A DNA stretch of 64,000 nt from Octopus sinensis (Eukaryota): positions 61,008,001 to 61,072,000 of the forward strand of contig NC_043005.1 of the NCBI RefSeq assembly GCF_006345805.1, written 5' to 3'. The notes under the pieces are model-generated. The model had not been told where the DNA came from. It was given only the letters and a program-made list of their open reading frames with translations, and did not search any database. Below, in pieces: positions 53,061 through 64,000 of the stretch (its first letter is position 1; each line of letters opens with the position of its first letter). The position numbers and the translations under genes are program-made.

Positions 53061-55681
53061 GTATGTTGCAATATTTATAAGCTGTAAGTGATATTTCAAT
53101 CAGGCCAGTGAAACATGTACATGTTCCCTCGTTGGTGCTTAAATTACTGGAGTTATTTAGAATTGTGTATCAATGTAATGTTGCGATTCCTTGGAACGTT
53201 TCCACACTCTACGATTTAATCTTCAAGGTTACCATGAATCCCAGAATCATTACATTTCTATGGATGCATTTTATTTTCTTCGTTTACCAAATGCTAATTT
53301 CTCTCCGCACGTGAAGAGTAGATTAACAGACATTAACCGATTCATGTATCCATGCAAACTTCTCTTTATTGTTCGGGACAACAAACAAGAGCTCTGAATT
53401 GTAAGTTTGTTTTGTTGAAGCACAAAGTAATAAAGTGATACTCAACCGGTAATCTCGCAAACACTGGAGATATTTTTTTTATCTATAAGGAATATAACTA
53501 AGATAATAAAATCGTAGCTTTCATTTATTCTTGCCAAGCAGCAGAATTCTATCTGCGATATATCGCAAATCGTCGTGCAATATAGGAGAATATTTGTTGC
53601 AATATATCAAACATGTTCATGTTCAGGGCATTTTTGTTCATGATATACCACATTGGCCGAAGATATATATGGGAATGGTACATGCGATATACGAAATCAA
53701 CACCAATGATACTTGTGTTATACTTGGTGGAATTTATAAGCAAAGTAGAAAGTTTGTTTCGTGGTAGAAGCGTCGCGATTGGATGAGACGCAGTATTTGT
53801 TTTGATCCTCTGTCTTCCAGATCAAATTCTGCTGAGGCTAGTTTTATCGTTCGTTCTTCCGGCGCCGATTAAATTATGTACTAATTCAAATGTTATGCAT
53901 TAGCAGGACTGTAAGAATTTAGTATTATATGCCTTGCGGTATTTCTTCCCTCTTTCTGCGCTCTGAGTCAAATTCCGCTTCAGTGGCTGATAATCACTCT
54001 CACGAACCCCTTACCTTCGAGCAACGTGCAGGGTGTAGACAAATCCTCGAAACAAAGACCAAAAACAAATATATGATGCTAGGGAGAGCCGAGAAAGTGG
54101 ATCCTCGAACAGAATTATTAAATGCCCTACTAAATGAATAGAGTTTATTTGCTCACGTCTTCAAATATAAAGTGTCTAATGACTAATGGTTCATAAAGCA
54201 CAACTACAAAAGATGAAGTGCAGCGAGAATAATTTGAGTGTTATTAAGCTGTTTTTATTTTACCGAGATATATTAACCGGAGGCATCGTTGTCAGCATTG
54301 TAAGCTGACACAGCACTAATCAGTGGCTTTAGATTTTCGTTGATGCATATTTTACAAAAAACAAAATTAATTATCAGCAGAAAAAAATGCTAATTAATCA
54401 ATCAATATTACGAAGGAAACCGTGAACCATCGATTAAATTTCAATGTTTTCCTTTGCAATTCTATCCCTGAACAAAATCTATGAGGAGGTGCATGTCATA
54501 GTTGAATTATTCATAATCAAAATAAGGAAATGAAGTTAAAATATTGGTTGTAATGGACATTTTCACCTGCATTATATCTAACTATACATGCATACAACCA
54601 TATATACATACACGCACGCACAGAAATATGCTCTCACATATGTGTGTGAGCGTGTGTGTGTGTGTGAGTATGTGTGAGAGAGAGAGAGAGAGTTGGAAAA
54701 TTCAATGAACGCTGAGTGACTAATGGCTGATAAAGATTAAAATATCTATGCATTAATTCTTCATTAGATCTCTAATTTCCACTGCGTGTCTCAAATAGGA
54801 GTGTGGTGTTGAATAAGCACACATGCTGATTACAGGCAAAATAAAAGATTTGTCTAAGAGCAATAGCGAACCGCCCCTGAAGCCTGTTCATTTACATTTC
54901 TCATTCACATAATTAGCTTATTATCACGGAATCGTTATTTTAATCCACAACGTAACAACAAAGTGTAATTTCATGAAGACACTTTTGTTATTTCGTTCAA
55001 TTCACATTACGCATTAGTAATAATTCTGCATTTGCTTTTAAGAAAAGTGGTCTTCAAAATTGTAGCTGATTGATGCAGCAACCAAATCAGACAATAATCT
55101 TATATAAAATGCTTATTGATGATGCTGTCCTGAATAATGTAGTTACTCTTTATATATAAGACACAATCATTCACACATTTACTTATATTCTTCATAATGG
55201 CTACCAACTGTACGTAATAAACTGCATTCCCACGATTACGACAGATGTGATTTCTCTTTGGTGACCGTAGGAATTAATTCACTATTAAAGAAAAGCTTTT
55301 TCGATTAGATAAATGGGGTGTGTTTGCATTCATAAGAATGCAGCTAATTCTAACGCCTCTTCCTAACAATTTAAATTTCTCCATAATCTCATACTAAACA
55401 CTTCAGATTTTCCTGCAATTAACCCCAGCTGGCGTGGTTGGTGTCTGAAGCCGTTCTGCGATGGAAACTTTTAACTTGATGGAATGAACTTCGAAATATA
55501 CTTGCAAATATTCTCCCATAAAGATGTCTATATATGCATTTATGAATACGAAAACAACAAGAGAAACAAATGGGAAACTGAACAAGTAACATAAAGAACG
55601 GCCCTTTATCAATTGCCGGCTGTTCAGCTACTCCTCCAAAGTCTTGTGTGATATGATAGACGAAAGCTGAAAGAAGCCCGG

Positions 55682-55684
<3 letters not shown>

Positions 55685-55718
<34 letters not shown>

Positions 55719-55960
55719 ACACACATATATATATGTATATATATGCATATATATGCTCGTGTGTGTACAAATACGTATATATACATACACACACAATATA
55801 TGCATACACGCAAACACAAACATGCGCACACATACGCATGCACACACGCACACGAATGCACACACCTAACACTCACAACCCCACACATACGCACATACAA
55901 TCACACACGCACACATACACGCTGCAAACAAAACACACACATGCACGCGCACACACATAC
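55685..55960. repeat. (CA)n-derived compound microsatellite
   Basis: Direct. Confidence 0.9.
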
Positions 55961-56189
55961 TTCAAACTAACAGTACCTTCCACTAATCATTCTTCTACGA
56001 TCATGGGTAGGTAGAGACACAAGAGCCATTCCTACTATCATCCTTATATGACTTTAAACGATACTAAGCTCAACCACAAACATAGATTAACAGCCACAAC
56101 CACACACGCATACACAGACACACGTGCTATCATTACACACGCACACACAGACCTGCGCGGACGTACATATCCACACATACACACACATA

Positions 56190-56469
56190 CCTCTTTCTCT
56201 TGCATTCTCCTGTCTTTGAAAGAACTGTTTCTTCACCCATTCCCTTCCGGTCATTCAATATGTGACCGCGTGCATATCGTTGGCGATTTTTTTTACTCCG
56301 TCTTCCCTTCCTTGAATCTTTCCTTTTCCTATGTTTCTGACGAAAAGCTCCGCTCGAAACGTTAAATCCTCCTTCTTTCTTTATTTTCCTGGGCCTCCAA
56401 TAACTCTATACTTGTTCCAAGTCCTCGCGTTGTTGTGTCTTCTCTTTGTGTTTTCATGTTTGGATTAAC

Positions 56470-56470
<1 letters not shown>
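56190..56470 (+). mobile_element. Pyrimidine-rich Penelope-like pLTR/tail fragment containing a minimal HHR
   Basis: Unique C/T-rich block between (CA)n and (TA)n tracts that contains the HHR motif at 56333-56367; boundaries approximate. Confidence 0.6.
56333..56367 (+). ncRNA. Minimal type I hammerhead motif (GAAACGUU type)
   Basis: GTTT-CTGACGA-A-AAGC tcc GCTC-GAAA-CG-TT-AAAT. Helix I GUUU/AAAU, helix II AGC/GCU with a closing A.C mismatch, palindromic ACGU in place of helix III. Confidence 0.65.
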
Positions 56471-56530
<60 letters not shown>

Positions 56531-57897
56531 ACACACGTATGTATATTTATGACTATATAGATAGATAGAAAGACAGACAGGGTGACACACGAACAGAGGA
56601 AGAGATAGATAAATATCACTATAGATATAGATATTAATATTGATATATCGTTATTTTTCTCGAACATTCTCGTTGCCGAGAAGCTTTCCCAGAGAAATAT
56701 TCTCAACTGCCGATAGCTAGAAAATATTTGAAAATATTTGCGAATTCTTTAGTTAAACAACGCTTGCATTTTCTCAAAACATTGAAATCTGATGTATTTC
56801 TGAACAGAATTCTTTCAAGCACATACGAAAACTTGGTTTCGAAGTTTCTAAATAATCTCGCACAGAGATTCAGAATTTTCTCTATTCCTTGATCTAAAAT
56901 TGTACAGGTGTTAATGCTAGAGGCTTTTAAGATTTACTTGTAATTTTTTTTTTTTTGCTATCATCGTGGGTTGTTGCGTGTGCGCGTTGTTCGACTTCTT
57001 TAGAAAGAAAGAACGTTCTATGTGAACATTTGTATTTGTTTCAACAGTTTTAAGTCAGCTGATATAGTATTGGAAAAAACATGGATGACAGTTTACGACT
57101 GTAGAATATCGAGTAGGAAGTGATGTTGAACAGGCAGGAATAATTGACTCTTAGGTTATTTGCTTTGTAGATTAAAACTGTTTTGAACTACTCTACCTAT
57201 GTTTATGGTTAGTATTTATTTGGTAATATTTTTGCTCAATCAAGATTGATCCTTACCTAAATAAAAATAAAAATAGTGGAACATATTGCATTTGGGAGTG
57301 TGGGATAGAGGAGAAGTACCTATAGATAAGTGTATATAATGGCATGAATCTAATCCAAGTATATTAGATGATGTGCTGTGATTTGAAAATGAACATTTAT
57401 CTACAACAGCGTGTTAGCATGAAGATGGTTCATGAAATTCTGACGTTCATTTTGCTTAACCGCATTTCAATCATCTCTGAATAGACCTATGATCAAATGC
57501 ATTCAAATCTGCACCATAATGCATACATAGTACTATCTAGCAATACTTCATCTAAATCATTTTTCTTTTCAAAATTATACGATAGTATCCTGAGGGGATT
57601 TTGACTGCTGTTTCAAGCAGGTCAAGAGGTCACGTACATGATTCCTTGATAACGCCTATTACTTTAATTTACTGTGATATAGCACCAAATTGCGTATGGA
57701 AAACAATATCTCGAAATTCAATACACTTATTGAATCTGTTGCTACAGATTTATATAGCAGGCATCAAACATGAATATACAGATTATAAAAGTTGCGGAAA
57801 CAAAGTTCATTACCCCTTTGTCTTGTCACATTACTATTGCTAAATACGGGCCATAATTCTTCGTCACATGACAATATAATTGATGGTTTATATATAC

Positions 57898-57972
<75 letters not shown>

Positions 57973-57997
57973 TAGATACATCCTTTTAATTTTGCAG

Positions 57998-58070
57998 CGG
58001 TTTCAGATGGATGGACGACAGCATGGATTTGCACATGAAGCCTACAATTATGATAAAGTAGATGATCAAA
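57998..58070 (+). CDS. Candidate internal exon carrying a start codon (ATG 58007; MDGRQHGFAHEAYNYDKVDDQ...)
   Basis: Acceptor ccttttaattttgcag|C and donor AAA|gtaagc; only one of three frames is open. No downstream partner exon was identified. Confidence 0.4.
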
Positions 58071-58943
58071 GTAAGCTGAGGACAGCTAGATATGCAACGA
58101 TATAAACATAGATTTTGATGTATATTAACATGTTTTTATAAGCATGATAATTGTATCATTGATCACATACTTTTGACAGAGGTTCTCACAAACTGACATT
58201 CTGTTTTTGCTATATATTATTATTACTACATTAGCCCAAAGTAAAATCAGATTTGTCCTAACAGCTGCTTTGCTAACTACAGGAAAATCACGAGTAAAAT
58301 TAATCATACCTTTTATATTCATAGGAGTATGTACATATGTGTGTGCAACTGTGTGAATTTGCATACATGTATATGCACAAAGAGTGAGTTCGAAAGAGAG
58401 GGTGGTATAAATATATATGTGGATATATATATGCGGAAAGAGGCTGAGTAAACGCACACACACGCACACACATACACACACACATACACACACACACATA
58501 CACACACACATACACACACATACATGCGCGCGCAGCCACTTTCTTTTGTCGAAACCGTTAATCCGTACTCATTTTTTTCTCCCACTGTTTTGTTTTCGCT
58601 CTCTCTCCATTTGTTCCTCTTAACCCTTTCTTATGTGTAGATTTAAGTCCCTATATATGGATTCATCAAATTCGGTGGTACTCATAAAAAATGCTCCTTA
58701 ATATAGCATTCTACAAAGCATAGGATAGAAAAGAAAAATTAATGGAGTATATAAAATTATACTATAAAATTTATTTTACCATAAGAAATTTTATCATAGT
58801 ATATTTCTCTCGTTCTGTACAATTATATATATATTGTTATATTTCAGGAAAGTCATGATTTGTTGTTTGTTGCCAAATAAACACACCAATTATATATTCG
58901 TTCGTCACTCGTTTATCACTGTTCTTATTTTAACTGATGTCCT

Positions 58944-58988
58944 TGTCCGGAAATCTTTCGTCACAAATCTGTGACCTCTTCAGCGACA
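58944..58988 (-). ncRNA. Minimal type I hammerhead motif (left arm)
   Basis: TGTCG-CTGAAGA-G-GTCAC agattt GTGAC-GAAA-GATTTC-CGGACA; perfect 5-bp helix II, UUC triplet, helix I with one bulge. Confidence 0.7.
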
Positions 58989-59060
58989 CTTCCTTCCCTC
59001 CTGTATCCTAGAAGGACGGAATAGAGTAAGCGGTGCAGGAGGGTACGGGCGGAAGGAAAG

Positions 59061-59105
59061 TGTCGCTGAAGAGGTCACAGATATGTGGCGAAAGATTTTC
59101 GGACA
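59061..59105 (+). ncRNA. Minimal type I hammerhead motif (right arm)
   Basis: TGTCG-CTGAAGA-G-GTCAC agatat GTGGC-GAAA-GATTTT-CGGACA; helix II retained through a U.G wobble, triplet UUU. Confidence 0.62.
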
Positions 59106-59479
59106 ATGGATATCAGTTAAATTAAGAACAGTAATAAACGAGTGAAGAACGAGCTAAAATATGTACCAAGGTGAGTGCGATCGACTAAAGCCTTTATAAA
59201 AATGTCAGCAACGTGCAGATCGAAAATGCTTACAAAACAAAAAATGCATGACTACATGTAGAAAAATAGCTAGACATATTGTGGGCCAATGTCACTTTTA
59301 TATAATCATAAATAAATAAAATCAAAAGAAAGTATCCCAAAGAAACCATTTGCAGGAATCTGAGCCATTTTTCATCTGCAAACAAGCTGAGCTTGTATTC
59401 TGCAATGTAGGAGATTGGAACATTTATGCATAATTGTTGATTGATTGCAACAAATATCGAAGTCTCACTTAATGGAACC

Positions 59480-59700
59480 AGCTTCCAGAATTGTTACCGC
59501 GCTGGATAAAATACTTAGCAGCATTTATTCCAGTTTTACGCCCGGAGTTCAAATCCCACCGAGATTAAGCATACCTTCCATTCCTTTCGGATTGATAACA
59601 TAAGTATCAAAATCAAGTACTGAGTTCGATATACTCGGCTTGCCCCTATCCCCTACAATTACAGGCTTTGAATTTGTAGTAGAAACAATGGTGTTCCAAC
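59480..59700 (+). mobile_element. SINE family B, decayed
   Basis: ggagttcaaatcccaccgagattaagcataccttccattcctttcggattgataac...caggctttgaatttgtagtagaaac. Confidence 0.7.
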
Positions 59701-61368
59701 TCCTTTGTATGGGTATTTGGAATTTCTTGAGATTCACTTCACTCCTTGAGACGTCTCCAAGTTTTTATTTTTTTCGTCTATCAGTCCGAATGAAAATTTT
59801 CCAAATAATTAAGAAATTATTCTATGTGCCAATCATTTCACCAATCTTCAAATTGAACATACATACGCGAATGTATGTGTGCGCGCGCGCGTGTATATGT
59901 GTGAATGTACGTGTGTGCGTATAATATAATATATAGTGAATATTAATGCTGAATGACTTTTCATCTTCTATTTGTGTTTCTTAAACTCTGCGAAAACAAT
60001 CCACCGAAATATAGAAATAATATAATTTTCAGTAATGTACGTTTAAATTCAATATCCTTCACCTAAAATTACTACCAATGTATTTCTTGAACGTGACACA
60101 CTCGAAAAAAAACCTGGATGTGATTTGTTTTACTTTTCATTTAACAAGACGGGCAAATAATCTCCCTCAAACTAAGGAAGTGCCTCAATAGAAAATGATG
60201 TGGTGTTTACAACCTAAATTACACGAGAAACGTAATTATACCAAACACATCTGTTAAAGCTTTAGTAAGTATGGTTGTTAAAGCCGAATATTTTACAGGT
60301 TTCTTCTCAACGTATGTCTACAATTACTTTCTACGCATATATTATATCTCTTATACGAAGCTAGTGCTATGTTCTATGTATATCTGAACATAATTCTGCT
60401 GCAGCAATCTTGGCATCATTAAGTAATGCGTTTCTTAACATCAGTATGTCATTCGTTTGTTTCTGTTTTGGACAAGTAAGAAGAGGATATACACTATCAC
60501 GAAAAACTTTAAGAATTTCTGCTTTTCTGCAGCTATGATTCCTTTCATTCCAATTTTACATAATCATGAAAACGGATGAACTTGCTGAAGTTATTCTATC
60601 CTATTACATAACAAACTTTCCCTTTCGTTTATGAAAAATATATACAACGAATACGTCTTGCGTAATATGCGTGGGAACCCTATAGAATGATTATTGAGAT
60701 ATAGCGAATATAAACTGCTTAGGTTTAGTTTCAAGGGAAAACAGCTAATTCTGCATTCTACCATTATTTTTGCTCTGTGTACTAATAACTATGAACTAGC
60801 ATTCAGTTGGAAGAATCAATGTATGTTCGATAGGCTAAACGTCTTATCCCGAAGTTGAAGCTAAAGCTTGGGTGATATCTCATCCGATTGACACTTCACG
60901 AAGAAAAGCCGCTGCATTTTTCCTATGATAAGCGAAAAGATTAACTTCTTTCGCTATAATACCTTTTGTACAAGAAAACCTCGCTTTACTTCTGCTAAAT
61001 ACGTTATAATACCTCTAATAAAAACCCGAAACAAGAAATCACCCTGATCCAATCAGCACGCATATTATGTTAATAGTATTCTACTGGGAAAAGATTGCAC
61101 CGAAAAAAAATAATTGTTTCTAATTTCCAAATATTCGCAACATTCAAGAAAGAGATAAATTGAATGGCAGCAATTTCCGATAGATCAATGAAATTGGGAC
61201 CAAATATAAGAAATTAGCAGAGACACCAACTATTTCTTCACATTCTTCTTCTGATTTGTTTTTAAATATTGTTTCTTTTATCCCAGCTTAAAAGCAATCA
61301 AGCAACATCAAATGTCTTTGTCAATTTCTTTATGTAAGGTTTAACACATTCATTCCAAACGTATATAA

Positions 61369-61463
<95 letters not shown>

Positions 61464-61813
61464 AGACGCATACATATATGTACACACCACACATGTGCAC
61501 GGGCGCACAGTGTAAACTATTTGCTTTTGAATGACGTTTACAGGTTACAGAAAGTTTGTCCCACAACACACCGTACGCTGCTCCTCCTGGTTTCTTGTAC
61601 ATATAACGTTTTCCGATAGGATATTGTTGTTTATGAAGACGTGTATACATTTGGAAGTGAATTACATAAGTCTTTATTGGGAACGAACATACTGTGAGCT
61701 TGAAATGAATATAACAACTGTTAATTAATTCAATCACAGTTCACTGGACACATGGTGTCACAAAATGAACTAAACAGAGAACTACATTCACATAAACGCA
61801 CATTCTCTCTCGT

Positions 61814-61846
<33 letters not shown>

Positions 61847-62169
61847 ACACACGCGCACACTCACACACACATACACAAATATATGCATTGATATATGTTA
61901 TTATAAATATATGTATGACAATGGTTTCCTGAAAACAGTGACTACGCGAAACCAAACTTGAAAACATGACATTATGAAAGTACTTCCAGATACTACCTTT
62001 ATACGTTACATGAATGGGAAAACCAGCAGACATTGTATTACACTATGGTACAAACTAACAAACAAAGATGAATAGATACATTTTGATGGATCGAAAGTAT
62101 ACTGGTGTAACATTAAGAAAACAACACTGCAGCACAATTGAAGCACAACCAGCCTTGATATTCTTTTCT

Positions 62170-62556
62170 ATTCTAGGCACAAGGCCCAAAATGTTTGGGG
62201 AGGAGGCCAGTCGATTAGATCGACCCAGTGCGGAACTGGTGCTTAATTTACCGGCCCCGAAATGATGAAAGACACAGTCGACCACGGCGAAATTTGAACT
62301 CAACGTAAAGACAGAGGAAATACCTATTTCTTTATTACCCAAAAGGGGCTAAACACAGAGGGGACAAACAAGGACAGAAATAGGTATTAAGGTGATTACA
62401 TCGACCCCAGTGCGTAACTGGTACTTAATTTATCGACCCCGAAAAGATGAAAGGCAAAGTCGACCTCGGCGGAATTTGAACTCACAACGTAACGCAGACG
62501 AAATACCGCTAAGCATTTCGCCCAGCGTGCTAACGTTTCTGCCAGCTCACCACCTT
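62170..62556 (-). mobile_element. Composite (dimeric) SINE family B
   Basis: Full unit 62324-62556 plus a 5'-truncated second unit 62170-62323; junction aaatac|ctatttc as at 9146/9147. Confidence 0.9.
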
Positions 62557-62576
62557 CAAGCGGCCTTGACATTGTA

Positions 62577-62730
62577 AAGGCGCATGGCCTAGTGATTTGG
62601 ATGTTGTATCCACGATCTCTAAACGCAGTTTCTATTCCTCACCGAATCTTGTGTTGTATCATTGAGCAAGCCACTTAATTTCACTTTGCTCTATGCTACT
62701 CAGCTGTAAATGAGAAACGCTGCCATTCTG
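62577..62730 (+). mobile_element. tRNA-headed SINE family D
   Basis: aaggcgcatggcctagtgatttgg...ttgtgttgtatcattgagcaagccacttaatttcactttgctc...actcagctgtaaatgag. Confidence 0.75.
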
Positions 62731-64000
62731 TTCAACAGGAATGGTATGGTCTCGGTTACCTATACGCCGTAGAAGACAAATAACCGATCCTTTGAGTCCA
62801 AGAACTCTAAACAATGTATGATGTTCGGTGATCTCAAAATGCAAACATTTTTGTTGTGAAATTCAGCTGCTCACTTGCTCCATATGCCAAGAAAATATAG
62901 GAGAAAAAGTGAAATATTCATGGACCGCTGAGAAGCTTGCTACTCCAGTACTCAAAATACACTTACATTTTATATAAAGTCAGGAGGTATGAGATGATTA
63001 TATTTATTTCATCAGTTGAACAAAGATACAACTGCAATGAACCTCATTTCTGTAATCCATAACCTACGGAAGAACATGATGTTTAGAACAATAAAACTAT
63101 GCAACACCTTCTTGAAATTTAAAGGATGAATAAATAATTGTGAGAATGATGACAAAGAAGACACGAAACATTTCTTTTAAACTCTGCCTCCGAAGCATTC
63201 TCAAGAAAATAAGCTCTCAGACTTCCGTCAAGATGTATATAAATTCACACACACGCATACATAGACATATGGATATGCGTGTGTGTGTGTGCGTGCGAAC
63301 GCACGTATGTGTGTATGTGCATGTATGTGTGTATGTGCATACATATACATATGTATGTTTTTATATGTGTGCCTGTACATATATATATTGATAGATAGAT
63401 AGATAGATAGATATGTATGTATGTATGTATATGTGTCGCATCAGTAAATATGTCCAATAATACAAATTCTATTCTTATTTTCGGAAGAAAACAGGTCTTT
63501 TGATGCTATTAGATATGAAATTAGCCTCCATGTATAGGATTTCTTTCGCTAAAGCATATGCGTGCTTAGATTTCTGATTCAAAGCTATGCCATCCGACAC
63601 ATTGAATAGCAAATCTCCTCATTTACATTGATCTTGATTCCTTGATATATTCCTATTTCTATAAGGAATTATATAAGCCGTTTCCAAATGCGTATACAAC
63701 TTCACATGTAAAAAACATTATTTCAGTAAACGTGACATTTACAGGTAAATACGAATAGAAATAAATGGAACATTATACGAGAGATATAGTGTTGCATGTA
63801 AATAAGTGTCATCCAACGACGGCAAGTTATACGTAATATGTATGTGTTTACATTTTTATCGAAAATGAAATTAGCTTGTTCTTAATGCATGTTGGGGCAC
63901 TGATTCCAACGATCCCTTTTCCCCTTACCACACATAGCTTTAATTTCTCTTATATCTTACTGTGACGTATTATGTATTATCTTTTTTTTACAAAATCCGT

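Larger units (their letters stand above)
58896..59152. repeat. Fold-back element: two divergent HHR-bearing arms
   Basis: Arms 58898-59000 and 59051-59152 are complementary with about 9 differences over ~105 nt (manual alignment); pairing extends via ccctcctgta/tgcaggaggg to a ~20-25 nt loop. Confidence 0.93.

Noticed and set aside
40598-54130. Scattered minus-strand exon candidates (40598-40738, donor near 46271, 54014-54130)
   Set aside because: Splice-like signals are frequent in AT-rich DNA, and the peptides could not be joined into a recognisable protein.

Overview
AT-rich, intergenic/intronic eukaryotic DNA, most likely from a coleoid cephalopod (Octopus-like; inferred from the recurring tRNA-derived SINE families and dense AT/GT/CATA microsatellites). 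No complete protein-coding gene is supported, and nearly all supplied ORFs are microsatellite read-throughs. Supported features are about 25 SINE copies of four families, a decayed RTE-like LINE (25.4-27.2 kb, -), a LINE 3' end (36.2-36.6 kb, -), a decayed mariner (37.7-38.8 kb, -) and a stop-free Penelope-like GIY-YIG endonuclease fragment (42.06-42.46 kb, +). The most notable signal is a set of hammerhead-ribozyme (HHR) motifs from four unrelated repeat families, several sitting in fold-back structures. The largest is a spacerless ~2 kb palindrome (18681-20672) whose two arms each end in a type I HHR with all three helices. There is also a tRNA-head + HHR-tail composite (22181-22548) and a divergent HHR pair (58896-59152). 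These suggest non-autonomous Penelope-like RNA elements inserting at (TA)n tracts; this is inference, checked only by eye. One plausible start-codon exon of a + strand gene lies at 57998-58070.
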